Source: Phoronis australis (Eukaryota; Animalia; Phoronida). Taken from it: a stretch of DNA of 64,000 nt. The stretch spans positions 454,924-518,923 of the forward strand of contig NMRA01000055.1 in NCBI GenBank assembly GCA_002633005.1. The letters are read 5' to 3'. The position numbers were made by a program, and so were the translations under genes. Under the pieces are notes generated by a model. It made no database searches. It was not told the origin of the DNA and saw nothing but the letters and a program-made list of their open reading frames with translations. The stretch's first letter is position 1; every line of letters begins with the position of its first letter. Below are positions 25,101 through 34,661 of the stretch, in pieces.

Positions 25101-27615
25101 ATATACCAAATTTTGTGAAAATACGTTGAGGACCTTTGAAGACACAGAGGTAAACGTAAAAAAACTAAAATTGCCACTAGGGGGGCACACCGGTAGTCGG
25201 ATCTGTCCGAAACTTTGCTCATGCTGTCCCATCTATGAAAGGAACACGTGCAAAATTTCACGAACATACCTCAACCGGTTTTGGAGATAGAGCAGCAGAT
25301 GGACGGACGGACGAACAGAGATGACTGCATAATGCGTCCACAAATAAATATGTGGGCGCATAAAAATAACCTTCCCCATATTCAAAGCAACAGATGAAAA
25401 AATATGGTGAAGCCAGTTTGAAGGTATTACTAGAGGGTGTCATGTGACAACTCAAAAACATATCACAAAATATTCCACAGGCAAGGACGTGAATGGCATC
25501 ACGAGAAGCTTGGCTCAAGTGAAAAACTGTCATCTCTCATAGTACAAAAAGAGAATTTGAATGGACTTTGAGACAACTAGCTCTAGTGAAAAACTATCAT
25601 CTTCCAGTCGAAGGGAAGGCATGGATCGGGTCTGAGAAACAAGATCACTTTTAATAAATTTTAAAAATCTCACCATGGTAACACACAGACGAGTAAAAGG
25701 AGTCTGGATAGGTATTGCCAGCTTGGAATGCATCTTGATTATTTTCTATCACCTGCAAACACACATTTATTTCATAAAACTACAATGAAAATGAAACACC
25801 TATAGGGCAAAATCAGAAGAAACTCATATGACGAACACCAAATTATTTACGGCATTTTATTTTACTTTGATGTTGACAATTTATGATCCATCCATAAAGA
25901 GCTGAATATAACTTAAAGTAAGATACTATTAACATGCTGAACACTCAAGGCAGATTTTAACTACAACTTTCCCAGTTTTTCATAAAAGGGTGATGCTGGA
26001 AATAACATATTATTTGGTCGTTTATTCACAGATAAAAATTACAGCACTATGCTCATCAGCAAAACATAACTGTAACAAGTTTTTATGGAAATTCTATAGA
26101 AATGAAACTTGGCAAAATCTTAACCCAGTCGTAGATTATTTGCAGAAAGTGCATGTCCTAGGTTAATGACAAAAATACCTTCTCAAAGGCAAACAGTATT
26201 AGCCAAAAGAGTACAACAATGGCCTGGAGCTCCTCGTCATAATGACTGGGGTGAACCTGAATTCACAATCACAGTAGTCTTCTCTCATGATTGAGAACTA
26301 AGGGTGAATTTAAAGAAAAGTTGATAACATAGCCAGGCCATTCTCTAATAGAATTTTGCCTCCTTGATAGTTACTACACCTCATTTTTGCTGTCAAAAGA
26401 ATTACGCGCCAACGGAGAAATGATACTTTGTCTGATCACTAATTTTTTGTACTATATGCCCTTGATTGTCTATTCAGCCCTACCTGTTTAAAGTCTGTCT
26501 TGTGCTCTGTTTTGTGCTGGAAGAAGCTCAGTGCTCTGTGACCTACAATGAATTTGAACACCTAAAGAAACTCAGGTTTTTGCCCAGTTTAGCTGGCAAC
26601 AGAAATATGACACGAGAAATCAATCAACAGAAAAAAATCATAAGCAATTAAAAATCTCAAATGACTCGAGAACGAAAACCTGCAGCGAAAAGTAACGAGC
26701 TCTATGTACATTCTAAATTTCAGAAGACACCTCTCAGATGAGAGCAAAGCAAGGCAAAAATTCAGTAAAAAAAGGCCCGCAAAGTGCCATTCTCGGTATG
26801 ATTTCGACCATGAAGAACAACAGACCGCTAATGATTGATGAGTTGTCCTCTTGTGAGCAAATTTCATGTCGATCAGACAAGAAATGTAGCACTGTACACT
26901 GTTAGACAGTACTACCGTCTCAAGTAACGTCATATCACACCATGGAATACGACGTCACACCACCGACCAGGCAGTGTTAAAAATGGCCAGTTACTGATTT
27001 TGGGAACTGAAAGAGGGACTGCTAAAAAAAGTTTGATAACGGGAGTATTTGTTCGAGTTGCCGGGAAGGAATTAAAGACATCAATGGACTCCAAACGTGT
27101 CCCTCTACGTGCATAATTTAAGGTATTTAGAATGTGACTTTGATGTTTTAGTCAGTGTGATTCTCCAAACAGCTTCCACACTGTCTCTACTGAGCCAGCT
27201 AGCGACAGTGGTCACTGACTACACCTATGCTACAGTACAGGAAAGCACATACAGCTGGATGGCTGGCTACAGGAAATGTTACTCAAGGTCCTAAACTCTC
27301 AGGTTAGTCTTATACTCTTATAGGTAGGTATTCAGCCACCTAACTGCATGAAGACTATCTTCAAAATACACATCTGTATTTAATATACAGGTTTCCACCA
27401 AGGCTAATAGGTAGGGTACAGTTTTAGTAGCCCTGGTGCAAAGCTGTGTCCTAATGGGAATGTGTATTTTGACGACAGTCTTCATACAGCTAGCTGGCTG
27501 GCTACAGTTGTAGTAACTTCCAAATACCTATTTCAGTATGAGTAGTAATGCCACAACCATATACTACACAGTAAATGTTGAGCAAAAGAGACAAGAGCAA
27601 AGCAATTGCAAACAT
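6996..27615 (-). CDS. GPLD1: Glycosylphosphatidylinositol-specific phospholipase D, 20 coding exons, ~840 aa
   Basis: Exons 27528-27615, 26484-26542, 25674-25752, 22389-22597, 21492-21601, 20570-20680, 20008-20035, 18948-19087, 18132-18297, 17227-17360, 16807-16984, 16105-16212, 15529-15603, 14018-14165, 13382-13532, 12475-12671, 11120-11274, 8850-8937, 8237-8361, 6996-7169. All GT-AG with matching phases (sum 2523 nt). Signal peptide + CGITTHTEIGHRA, QDAFQAGNTYPD, SEDTHW, SHQVADVSWH, AHSAGDVGGD, then FG-GAP repeats. Confidence 0.95.
8237..8361 (-). CDS. GPLD1: GPLD1 exon 19 (EQGIAYVY...PCPAHV)
   Basis: cag/gtaagt, phase 1-0. Confidence 0.9.
8850..8937 (-). CDS. GPLD1: GPLD1 exon 18 (FTDLLDEGLDDLIVTSPFRTVDPTEEISG)
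   Basis: tag/gtatgt, phase 0-1. Confidence 0.88.
9011..9231. mobile_element. Harbinger-type MITE
   Basis: Imperfect TIR gggcatgttccaagaaa / tttcttggaatgggcca, CAG on both flanks. Confidence 0.6.
9557..10704. mobile_element. Tc1/mariner-pogo-type non-autonomous element
   Basis: 24-bp TIR c(a/c)gtattcgccgtaataaccgccc, subterminal taagcgccc repeats, TA at right flank. Confidence 0.8.
11120..11274 (-). CDS. GPLD1: GPLD1 exon 17 (...FYGDRLFDRFGSKVL)
   Basis: tag/gtaaga, conserved GDR.F.RFG. Confidence 0.92.
12475..12671 (-). CDS. GPLD1: GPLD1 exon 16
   Basis: tag/gtaagt, phase 2-1, QRTGKFFVY...LGSSFSIG. Confidence 0.9.
13382..13532 (-). CDS. GPLD1: GPLD1 exon 15 (...GDQDYGWYGYSV...IGSPTY)
   Basis: cag/gtatgc, phase 1-2. 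Confidence 0.92.
14018..14165 (-). CDS. GPLD1: GPLD1 exon 14 (YCNLGWSLAGGDLNRDGCADLVIGSPYA...)
   Basis: cag/gtgagt, FG-GAP repeat. Confidence 0.93.
14169..14273. repeat. 20-bp minisatellite x5 at GPLD1 exon 14 acceptor
   Basis: aatttaaaggaacactgccc units. Confidence 0.9.
15529..15603 (-). CDS. GPLD1: GPLD1 exon 13 (GEVYIYYG...VTIQCS)
   Basis: cag/gtaatt, phase 0-0. Confidence 0.9.
16105..16212 (-). CDS. GPLD1: GPLD1 exon 12 (NGKFGWSLAAVDFNCDGVTDLAVSAPSVG...)
   Basis: tag/gtgagt, FG-GAP repeat. Confidence 0.93.
16807..16984 (-). CDS. GPLD1: GPLD1 exon 11 (FG-GAP: ADFNGDGHFDVAFGAPG...GRVY)
   Basis: tag/gtacta, DxNxDG Ca-binding motif. Confidence 0.93.
17227..17360 (-). CDS. GPLD1: GPLD1 exon 10 (ETLELL...NEPYADLG)
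   Basis: cag/gtttgt, PYAxLG motif. Confidence 0.85.
18132..18297 (-). CDS. GPLD1: GPLD1 exon 9 (SCSVPRSPLFIRC...; donor uncertain)
   Basis: Clear acceptor and C..P..PLFI.C motif; only a weak phase-0 donor (GAA|gtgctt) before an in-frame TAA. Confidence 0.75.
18948..19087 (-). CDS. GPLD1: GPLD1 exon 8 (LFPDFAYKSPFL...GGMNDMAVWT...)
   Basis: cag/gtaatt, conserved KSPFL and GGxxDMA.W. Confidence 0.94.
20008..20035 (-). CDS. GPLD1: GPLD1 exon 7, 28-nt micro-exon (LGEKLAIKK)
   Basis: tag/gtaagt, restores phase 2-0. Confidence 0.88.
20570..20680 (-). CDS. GPLD1: GPLD1 exon 6 (WYIPVDDLFNIY...DCTLIMFLA)
   Basis: cag/gtaagg, phase 2-2. Confidence 0.92.
20810..20996 (-). mobile_element. Degraded tRNA-derived (CORE-like) SINE
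   Basis: Reverse-strand SINE hallmarks ctggatggaatgctagtctatcacagg, ctggtactcatt, caagtgctttgc, cgaacc. Confidence 0.45.
21492..21601 (-). CDS. GPLD1: GPLD1 exon 5 (TDFHGSFDKAHSAGDVGGD...)
   Basis: cag/gtgagt, conserved AH..GD.GGD. Confidence 0.93.
21751..21822. repeat. 36-bp tandem duplication
   Basis: gagtttatcaagtttgagagtacgttgtagtttctt x2. Confidence 0.9.
22389..22597 (-). CDS. GPLD1: GPLD1 exon 4 (VFHQVSEDTHW...SHQVADVSWHSLGIDQGFLSTMGM)
   Basis: Catalytic-domain histidine motifs, cag/gtaaag. Confidence 0.95.
23757..24560 (+). mobile_element. 5'-truncated Penelope-like retroelement with inverted pseudo-LTR
   Basis: C-terminal GIY-YIG endonuclease (VVYEFVCP..C..YIGQT..LSRRL..H...LESLLI..KPILNEQ, 23901-24250); 148-bp perfect IR 23752-23899 / 24396-24543; flanking direct repeat tatggatcatatac. 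Confidence 0.88.
24367..24406 (+). ncRNA. Atypical minimal hammerhead-like motif in Penelope pLTR
   Basis: cac-TTGAGAATGA-[aaca agta tgtt]-TCGAAA-tatc-gtg; core deviates from CUGAnGA. Confidence 0.45.
24587..25366. mobile_element. Helentron-associated (HINE-like) non-autonomous repeat
   Basis: atgcgcccac near the left end; (GACG)n tract followed by terminal hairpin atgcgtccaca-tgtgggcgcat and an A-run; internal sub-repeats. Confidence 0.55.
25674..25752 (-). CDS. GPLD1: GPLD1 exon 3 (VIENNQDAFQAGNTYPDSFYSSVCYH)
   Basis: cag/gtgaga boundaries, conserved QDAFQAG..PD. Confidence 0.93.
26484..26542 (-). CDS. GPLD1: GPLD1 exon 2 (GHRALSFFQHKTEHKTDFKQ)
   Basis: tag/gtaggg boundaries, phase 1-0, HRA motif. 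Confidence 0.92.
27528..27615 (-). CDS. GPLD1: GPLD1 exon 1 (MFAIALLLSLLLNIYCVVYGCGITTHTEI)
   Basis: ATG, hydrophobic signal peptide, CGxxTH motif, donor gtattt. Confidence 0.92.
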
Positions 27616-27680
27616 TTTGTGATCGTTAAACTATTATTAGAAGTATCATCTCCAACACTACAAAGTCCATGATGACCTTA

Positions 27681-27726
27681 GAGCGCCACCTATAGATGTT
27701 TGGGGTAACAGCCGCCAGGAGGCGAT
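27681..27726. promoter_or_regulatory. Divergent pair of CTCF-like motifs upstream of GPLD1 ATG
   Basis: gagcgccacctataga (minus) and gccgccaggaggcga (plus). Confidence 0.4.
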
Positions 27727-28911
27727 GCTTTGTGAGCTTGCTCGGACCAAGCTATGGCTTGGACGCTTTTGAGTGAACTTATATTCATTCAGGCAATCAG
27801 GTGAACTTTTTGTTCAACGTGAAGAATTTTTGCAATTAATGGCCTCATTATCACCCATTTTTTCCTTTTACCTAACTTTTGTCGAAGAATAGGAGGAATA
27901 TGTGAATAGTTAAATCAATTATTTTTTGGCGAATATGATCGTCAATTTAATTGAAAAACACCATGCTCTAAAATTACGTTATTTTATTAACATGTAATTT
28001 GATTAAGTGAAGTGAGCGTGATTATTTGAGTGAACTTGTCAAGTTTCCTCGATTAAAGACTTCTTCAATCATTTTAGCCAACACCAGCGTCAAGTGTTCT
28101 CATATGTCTTACTCGGCGCATAAACGTTTATCAAAGGCACTGATAAAGCTTTGAACAAAACACGTGGCAATAAAGAGGCCGGAGACCAAAACAGGAAAAA
28201 TGATCGCAGAAATAATGCAACATGAGAGCGAAATTTTTTATATTTTATTTATGTGCGTAATTAAGACTTGTTGGTCCTCTGAAAATCACCGAAGGGACTC
28301 CACCAGTCTTCTAGTCATAGCGGACAACAAAGGAGAAAAGATTACCACAAAATCGTAATGACACTTTTCATAACCAGCCGACTGAGCGGACAAGATCACA
28401 CAAGATAGCATGAAGTTTTGTATGTGACAGGGAAAATTACTATACGCCCAATTCCCTTTAATCAACCAGAAGCCATACACAATAACAGTAATAAATAATT
28501 AAAAATGTATGAATGTAAAAAGGTAGCGATAAATATTTAAGGTGATAATAAATCCGTCACTCTGAATCCAGGAATGGTGACATCAAAAAATAATCATAAC
28601 AGTCAAATAGGCCTGTTTCTGATAGTTAACCCCCAGTCGGAATCCAGACATAATGGAAGTAATAAATATTGATAACGACTCCACACGAAGCTAATAGGAT
28701 GCGCCTTGGTCAGAACAAAAAACTATCGTGAGCGCTGGTTCCACTGGAGTGAAATTTGACAATAAAAATTACATTGTGATGAATGCATTTTGAGATTCTA
28801 GCATATTGTATAGTTCATTGAAATGATTGGTATGTATGATTACATAAGTAACAATTTATCTAGTATTTATTCTGGGGAAACTCATTTTACTTCTATTATT
28901 AATTGCTGTGG

Positions 28912-28913
<2 letters not shown>

Positions 28914-28960
<47 letters not shown>

Positions 28961-29245
28961 NNNNNNNNNNNNNNNNNNNNNNNNNNNNNNNNNNNNNNNN
29001 NNNNNNNNNNNNNNNNNNNNNNNNNNNNNNNNNNNNNNNNNNNNNNNNNNNNNNNNNNNNNNNNNNNNNNNNNNNNNGTGTGTGTGTGTGTGTGAATGAA
29101 TGTATGTATGTATATTGTATATGTATATTGTATATGTATATTGTATATTGTATATTGTATATGTATATTGTATATGTATATAGTATATATTGTATATGTA
29201 TATTGTATATTGTATATGTATATTGTATATTGTATATGTATATAT
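28914..29245. repeat. (GT)n microsatellite spanning a gap, then compound tatattg/tatg repeat
   Basis: Directly visible. Confidence 0.95.
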
Positions 29246-29821
29246 CCATGCAGTGCTCTTATCGTATTTTATGTTAGGCGCGACGTTCAGCTAAGACCAG
29301 AAAGTGGTCGGAGACCATTGTGTTCTTGATTGTTTTTTGGATCATAGGTAATAATATCCGTAAAAATAGTAAAAGCCAGTCCCCAATGGACACTACAATA
29401 AATGATGTGACAATGGAGATTAAACATTTTACAAACTAACACTTAATTAGTCGCAACCGATATGATAATTTATTCAGAAATTGAGCATCGAGGCTGTCAA
29501 ATAAGAACGTGATGGGCGACAACGATCATATCCTTTAATGACGTCGCCTTCATCACGTTTTTTGTTGTACTCTGAAAAATATATGAATTACATATCTCTT
29601 TAATAAAGTTTTACAGCTGTTGTTTGAAGGACGTGTAGATATGTTGATGTGTTAGGGGCCAGAGGCGTACATGTACAAACGCTAAACTCTTGTCGATTAG
29701 TCGCCAGCATGTATAATTATAAGACGTGCTTTTCTGCCTCTCTCGACGTGAGCATCTGCGGCCATTGCATGTCAATGTGGGCAGCACTTGATCTTTATTC
29801 ATGCTTCAAAATGATTATGCG

Positions 29822-29969
29822 GGCCTGCGTTCCGTAGACCCAAAAACTCGCGAAAACGCAAGATCCGACACAAATCTTCGCGAGATATCGTCATGTATTA
29901 CAAGCACAGAATGTGATCACATTGCATTTTCTTGCGAGTGTCTTTGGTCTACGGAACGCAACGCAGGCC
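29822..29969. mobile_element. Small foldback MITE
   Basis: IR ggcctgcgttccgtagacc..ctcgcgaaaacgcaa / ttgcattttcttgcgag..ggtctacggaacgca..ggcc. Confidence 0.6.
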
Positions 29970-31761
29970 AATGAGACTGGCATGAAGACGCTGGGATATA
30001 ACTGCAATGACGTCGAAACAGTGCAAACGACACAGAAATAATTGAAACAACCATTGTACCTTTTATTTAGTTACAGCTTCAAGATGATAGCTCCATGTAA
30101 GTATAATATAAATCAAATTAAAGCAAAAAGTTCTGGTTACATTAGTTGTGCCTTATATACTTTTCTCAAAATTCTTTCTCAGAAAACGGGTACTTTGAAC
30201 TTCTCATCATGTTTTCTGAGATTCTGTAAAATAAATTCGCGGTAAGTTTGTTTCCCCTTGTTCGACCAGACGGAAACCCGTGGGCGACTTCATTTGAAAC
30301 CTGACAAAAGAATGATTTTCGCACTGTAAAGGCAGTGTTTTTGTAATAAAAAAGTAGCTAAATGAATTATATTTCCCACCGATCGAACCGTCCAGAGGAG
30401 TGAAGGTGAAGCGAGGTAATAAGGATTGTCTACACTTATTCCGAAAATCTGAAGAAGTCTTTTGGAATTTTATATTGGGTGTGAATGCCAGTGTACTAAA
30501 CTTTTACCTCTATTATTCAAATACAAGTGTGGGGAATGTTTCATCACGAATGCATGGAAATCTCCGAGCTTCCAATATAAACAGAATGATAGATTATGTT
30601 CGTCATGGATATGACGTGTTCGTGTGCGTATGCGTGTGCGTGAATATAACCTGTTTGTACAAGTTTTAGTCAGTTTGTGGTGTTGAAAATGCAAGACACA
30701 CTCCTAGCTCCTTCAGATTCCAGTATTCAAAATTTCATTAGGTTTGATGGTGATTTCTTTGTTCATTCGTGCAAGGTTGAGCAGTAAGTCCATCTAAAGT
30801 TGATACGCATCCGCCGTCAGTCAAAATGTTACTTTTGTTACCGAACTCTTAACGGTTAGAAAACTGGTTTCAACTAATTTTTCACTAAGATTAAAAGTTC
30901 ATTAGCAAGCTCATTAACTAACTGACTTAACGTCTCATTCTCGTGGACCAAAAGCAATAGTTGCAAAGGCTGGGTGATCTTATTCGTAGGCATATCAATA
31001 CACTAAAGACTTTTGAACCTATACACATCAACTTTATTCAAAGACAGATTTGGTCTTCCAAAGACTGTCACCACCTGGAATTCCCTGGAAACCATTGACA
31101 TGTTTTACATTCGTTTGATACCTTGACACTTCAATGCTTTTCCGAACAGTCACAAAACCAGGCCTTCATGACAAGTTCGCTACCCGGCATCAGGTTTTTC
31201 AGGCGATGCACTCGACGAGATAATTGAGATACAGAGGAGTTGTATTGAATAGAAGGATTGGTGTAATTATACAACTCACAGTTCTCCACATGTCCATGAG
31301 GACAACTCGGGTGAAAACAAAAATGGTCGCGGCGGCATATTTTGAGAGACTTCCACGAGTAATCTGTCAACGACTTGGAAAGTTACTGTTCATGAGAATA
31401 AATGAACATTGCAAGTGAATTTAAAGGCGAAGGCAACCTTTTTTCATGTCATTTTGAGCTAAAATAAGGTTGGTTGGTTATCCTAGACATATTTTCCACT
31501 TAATTACAGTTTTTCGTAATTTTATTAATTACTCGTCCTCTACTCCGGAAGTGACGTTTTGGGAGGCAAGCGTTTCCCGCCACTTGGTTTTGCGTTGAGT
31601 TTACCGTGCAAATCTGTTCTATTCTACTTTTGTTTTGTGCTGTTTTTCAACAATTGTCGCCACCACTTTCCATCGACGAGTATTCTGCGGCAAGATAGGT
31701 TAGTAGAGAATTCAACTACGTTGGATTTAGGGAATGTTTAGTGTGTTGTAAGCTGAAAATC

Positions 31762-32065
31762 ATGGGCTGGAGTCGATGACCCGTATCACAGTGACAGTAG
31801 TGTGAGTGACGGAGACCTTGTTCACGGCAGTGGTGACGAGGAATTTTTTCACGGACATTCAGTGAGTGGGTACATGTTTGAACCGAGTATAACGAGGTAG
31901 AGTACGCACAGGCACAGGCAGTTGTTGAGAGAAACGGGGCGGCTATACTGAGGACAGACGTGGTGACACATCTAGGTGCAAATGCACTGTGTGCGTTGTT
32001 ATGCCTACCTCAATGGAATGCTGTTCAGAGTTCGACGAGGCCAAGCCACTACTGGAAACGGTTAC
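31762..32065 (+). pseudogene. P2X7 ballast-domain / KolX-like Cys-rich ORF remnant
   Basis: Acidic N-terminus, GYMFEP, then RRGDTSRCKCTVCVVMPTSMECCSE; frameshifted. Confidence 0.72.
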
Positions 32066-32851
32066 GTGGACCTCCGGCATACCACGAACAGAGGAACAAC
32101 TGTCCCACTTGCCAGAGTGTCCCGCGACACACTCCCACTGGATGGTGACCTGAGCACCCAAACTGCTTACATCGTGTCGTGTGACTCCCTCGTCATACAC
32201 TTGGCACCTTATAAATAGCTCCAACACTTTAGACAAGTCCACAATAAACTTATCAAAGTTTGGCTCACCGATCTGTTCACTGGACGACCAACTGTCCTCT
32301 TCACTGGGTGTCGAACTGGGCCTCTAATCACTCCCACTACTCAATATCGCTGCAGGGCTGCTTAGAGGCTCTGGGCTGGAGACAACAGCACAGGGCGAAT
32401 CACTACTGGTTCCAGGAATGGCACGCTCTGGGGTACATTCGGAGGCACGGGTGACAGTGGATGAAGTGCCTCCACTGGCTCCAGTCACTGTACTGGCCAC
32501 AGCTCGCGAGCCTTCTCTCTTCAAAAACGCACTTCTCAGGGGGTGGCGACGGGGCACTGCCGGGAATCAACACAGACGGAATGGCATCCTTCTTCAGGCG
32601 TTGTTTCGCAGGACCTTCATCAGTTCAGCGTACAAATCCCTTTCGTAATCGGACGGCAGAAAGTGCTTGCCACACACACGGTAATTCTCGACTGCTTTGT
32701 ACGTTGCGTGGACGGGTAACGCTGCGTTCTTCACACGAACGAGCCAAGTACGGCGAAGTGTGTCATCCATCGGAAAGCGATGCTAAGGTACTCCCAAAGA
32801 GCGTGTGAGACGATAATTAGTACATCCCGTTACTCAGCAACAGTGTGGCAT
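32066..32851 (-). pseudogene. THAP zinc finger + N-terminus of Kolobok transposase (degraded)
   Basis: MPHCC*VTGCTN..HRFP..LRRTWL..RVCGKHF..DY..LKKDAIPSV; then KFIVDLSKVLELF.RC..WECVAGHSGKWDS. Confidence 0.8.
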
Positions 32852-33308
32852 GTTGACTGACTAGTAAATGAAAGCAAACGACGACGTAACTTAACACAAC
32901 CGAGGTAGAACATTGGCTGACTCGGCAGCTCTCACAGTCAGACTATCTGAAAAGAAATTGGCGCGAAATGCTTGCCTCCTAAAACGTCACTTCCGGAATA
33001 GCGGACGAGTAATTAACAAAATTACGAAAAGCTGTAATTAAGTGGAAAATATGTCTAGGACAACCAATCAACCTTAATTTAGCTCAAAATGACATGAAAA
33101 AAGGTTGCATTCGCCTTTAAGTATGGACTATCATTAATTCCCTATGTTACGTGAGTTTGATGGGCCTGCGAGATGATGAGTAATTAAAATAAAATGAAAT
33201 GTCGAGTTATCTGCTATTTGTATAGTCACGAATTGTTGAGATAGGACGCATTTCGGAAGGAGCCTTTCGAAGACCGCCACGAGATCGTGCTTTCCTTTCC
33301 TGTATAAA

Positions 33309-33310
<2 letters not shown>

Positions 33311-33341
<31 letters not shown>
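33311..33341. repeat. (GT)n microsatellite
   Basis: Directly visible. Confidence 0.9.
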
Positions 33342-33346
<5 letters not shown>

Positions 33347-34542
33347 TGAGTGCGAGTGCGTGCACGCGTTTGTGTATTAGCACTTCCTCCGTTTTGTCAC
33401 AAAACATTGACCTTTAAGTTCTTTAACATCAGAATAAAGTCTAGCCCAAGTGTTGGTGTTGTTAGTGCGATATACCTTGTCTATTAGAGCTTTACTGAAA
33501 ACCACCCTGTAAATAAAGGATGTGAAGCTATGAAAGCCAGTGTACAGTCCTCAGTGTGTAGATCTTCTTATGAAACACGTGATGCTACCACTGAGGTACC
33601 CTTACGCTCATCTAACAAGTCCAAAATGTCAATATGTTATCAACCTCTAATTCTGTAATGAATTTCAAGTTAGGATGCCTCGTGTTTAAGTATACCAAAA
33701 ATTCCTGTGCTGACTGCTGATGTTCAAATATACAAAATATATCATCCACAAATCGTCGATAGAAATAGTCTCAACAGGCAACTGGCACGTACACCACGTA
33801 CAGATTGTCATTGTTAGTTTAGTCTATTGTTACTGTCCTGTAATTGACTGTGTCTGTTGTTGCGCCTAGCAAGGTGGCTGAGGATGATGATGCAATTGAA
33901 TTGCTGGTGTCTCAAGGGATAGGACATACTATACGACAGCCTCTGTTTCGGGTGGCATCCTTACTAGGTTCTCCGTGTGCGATATCACGGAGTATAGTGA
34001 CTAAGACCGGTTACGTCCATCCCTACTCAGGGGGTCTTTTGTCAATGTATTGTTTGCAGCATGTTTGGAGAGAACCCTCTGGTGTTGGACTATTTTACAA
34101 CGCGTGACTGCTCTTTTGTTTGAGATTTGCTTTTATCTTTTGTTCTTCCAATGATAATTATCCTGTCGTTTGTGTTATTTGATTGGTGGATTATGGACTA
34201 ACTGAAACAAATATGTCTCCGAATAATGTTCATTTCCGGGTGGGCTCATGAAATAAATATTTCTCCGAATAATGTTGATTTCTGGGTGGGCTCATGGGAA
34301 AGTGGGGTCTTGTGATCGTCAACATCATTCGTCCCGTGCTTGACCCTGTCGTGTGCTGTCCTGTAAATCGTTCTTGTGATGGATTCCCGTATATCCTACA
34401 CATGTTGCCAGAAGCCCTCGAATTTCGGTCTGCCAAGTCTGTAAATTCACTCCGTTAGTCCTCAAACTTAAGTGAACCATACGGCACACTGAATCAATCA
34501 AAGGGTAAACGTTAACTACGACTTGTGTTGTGTACATTCTAG

Positions 34543-34661
34543 CAATACTTTTCATCCTGCTGGTGTCATCGCTCGCCGTTATCTACACCCATTGTCATAG
34601 TTTGAGCGACGTTAAGCATATTCGTTCTGGTATTGCTGTGCCTGGTTGCGACACAGGAAAG
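34543..34661 (+). CDS. DUF3105 gene exon (ILFILLVSSLAVIY...GCDTGK)
   Basis: tag/gtgagt; hydrophobic signal-like stretch. Confidence 0.8.

Larger units (their letters stand above)
31425..33116. mobile_element. Internally deleted Kolobok DNA transposon
   Basis: ~160-bp TIRs starting AGG and ending CCT, TTAA TSD (31421-24, 33117-20), convergent THAP-transposase and KolX-like remnants. Confidence 0.85.

Noticed and set aside
26178-26256. Possible extra GPLD1-strand exon (VHPSHYDEELQ...FEK)
   Set aside because: Exons 2 and 3 already join cleanly and there is no homology; unsupported.
28823-29329. ORFs of CVCV / YIYN / HTHT
   Set aside because: Translations of microsatellites and an N gap.
30042-30246. 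Candidate first exon of the DUF3105 gene (strong gtaagt donor)
   Set aside because: The open frame ends in phase 2 but phase 1 is needed; could be a UTR exon, cannot be established.
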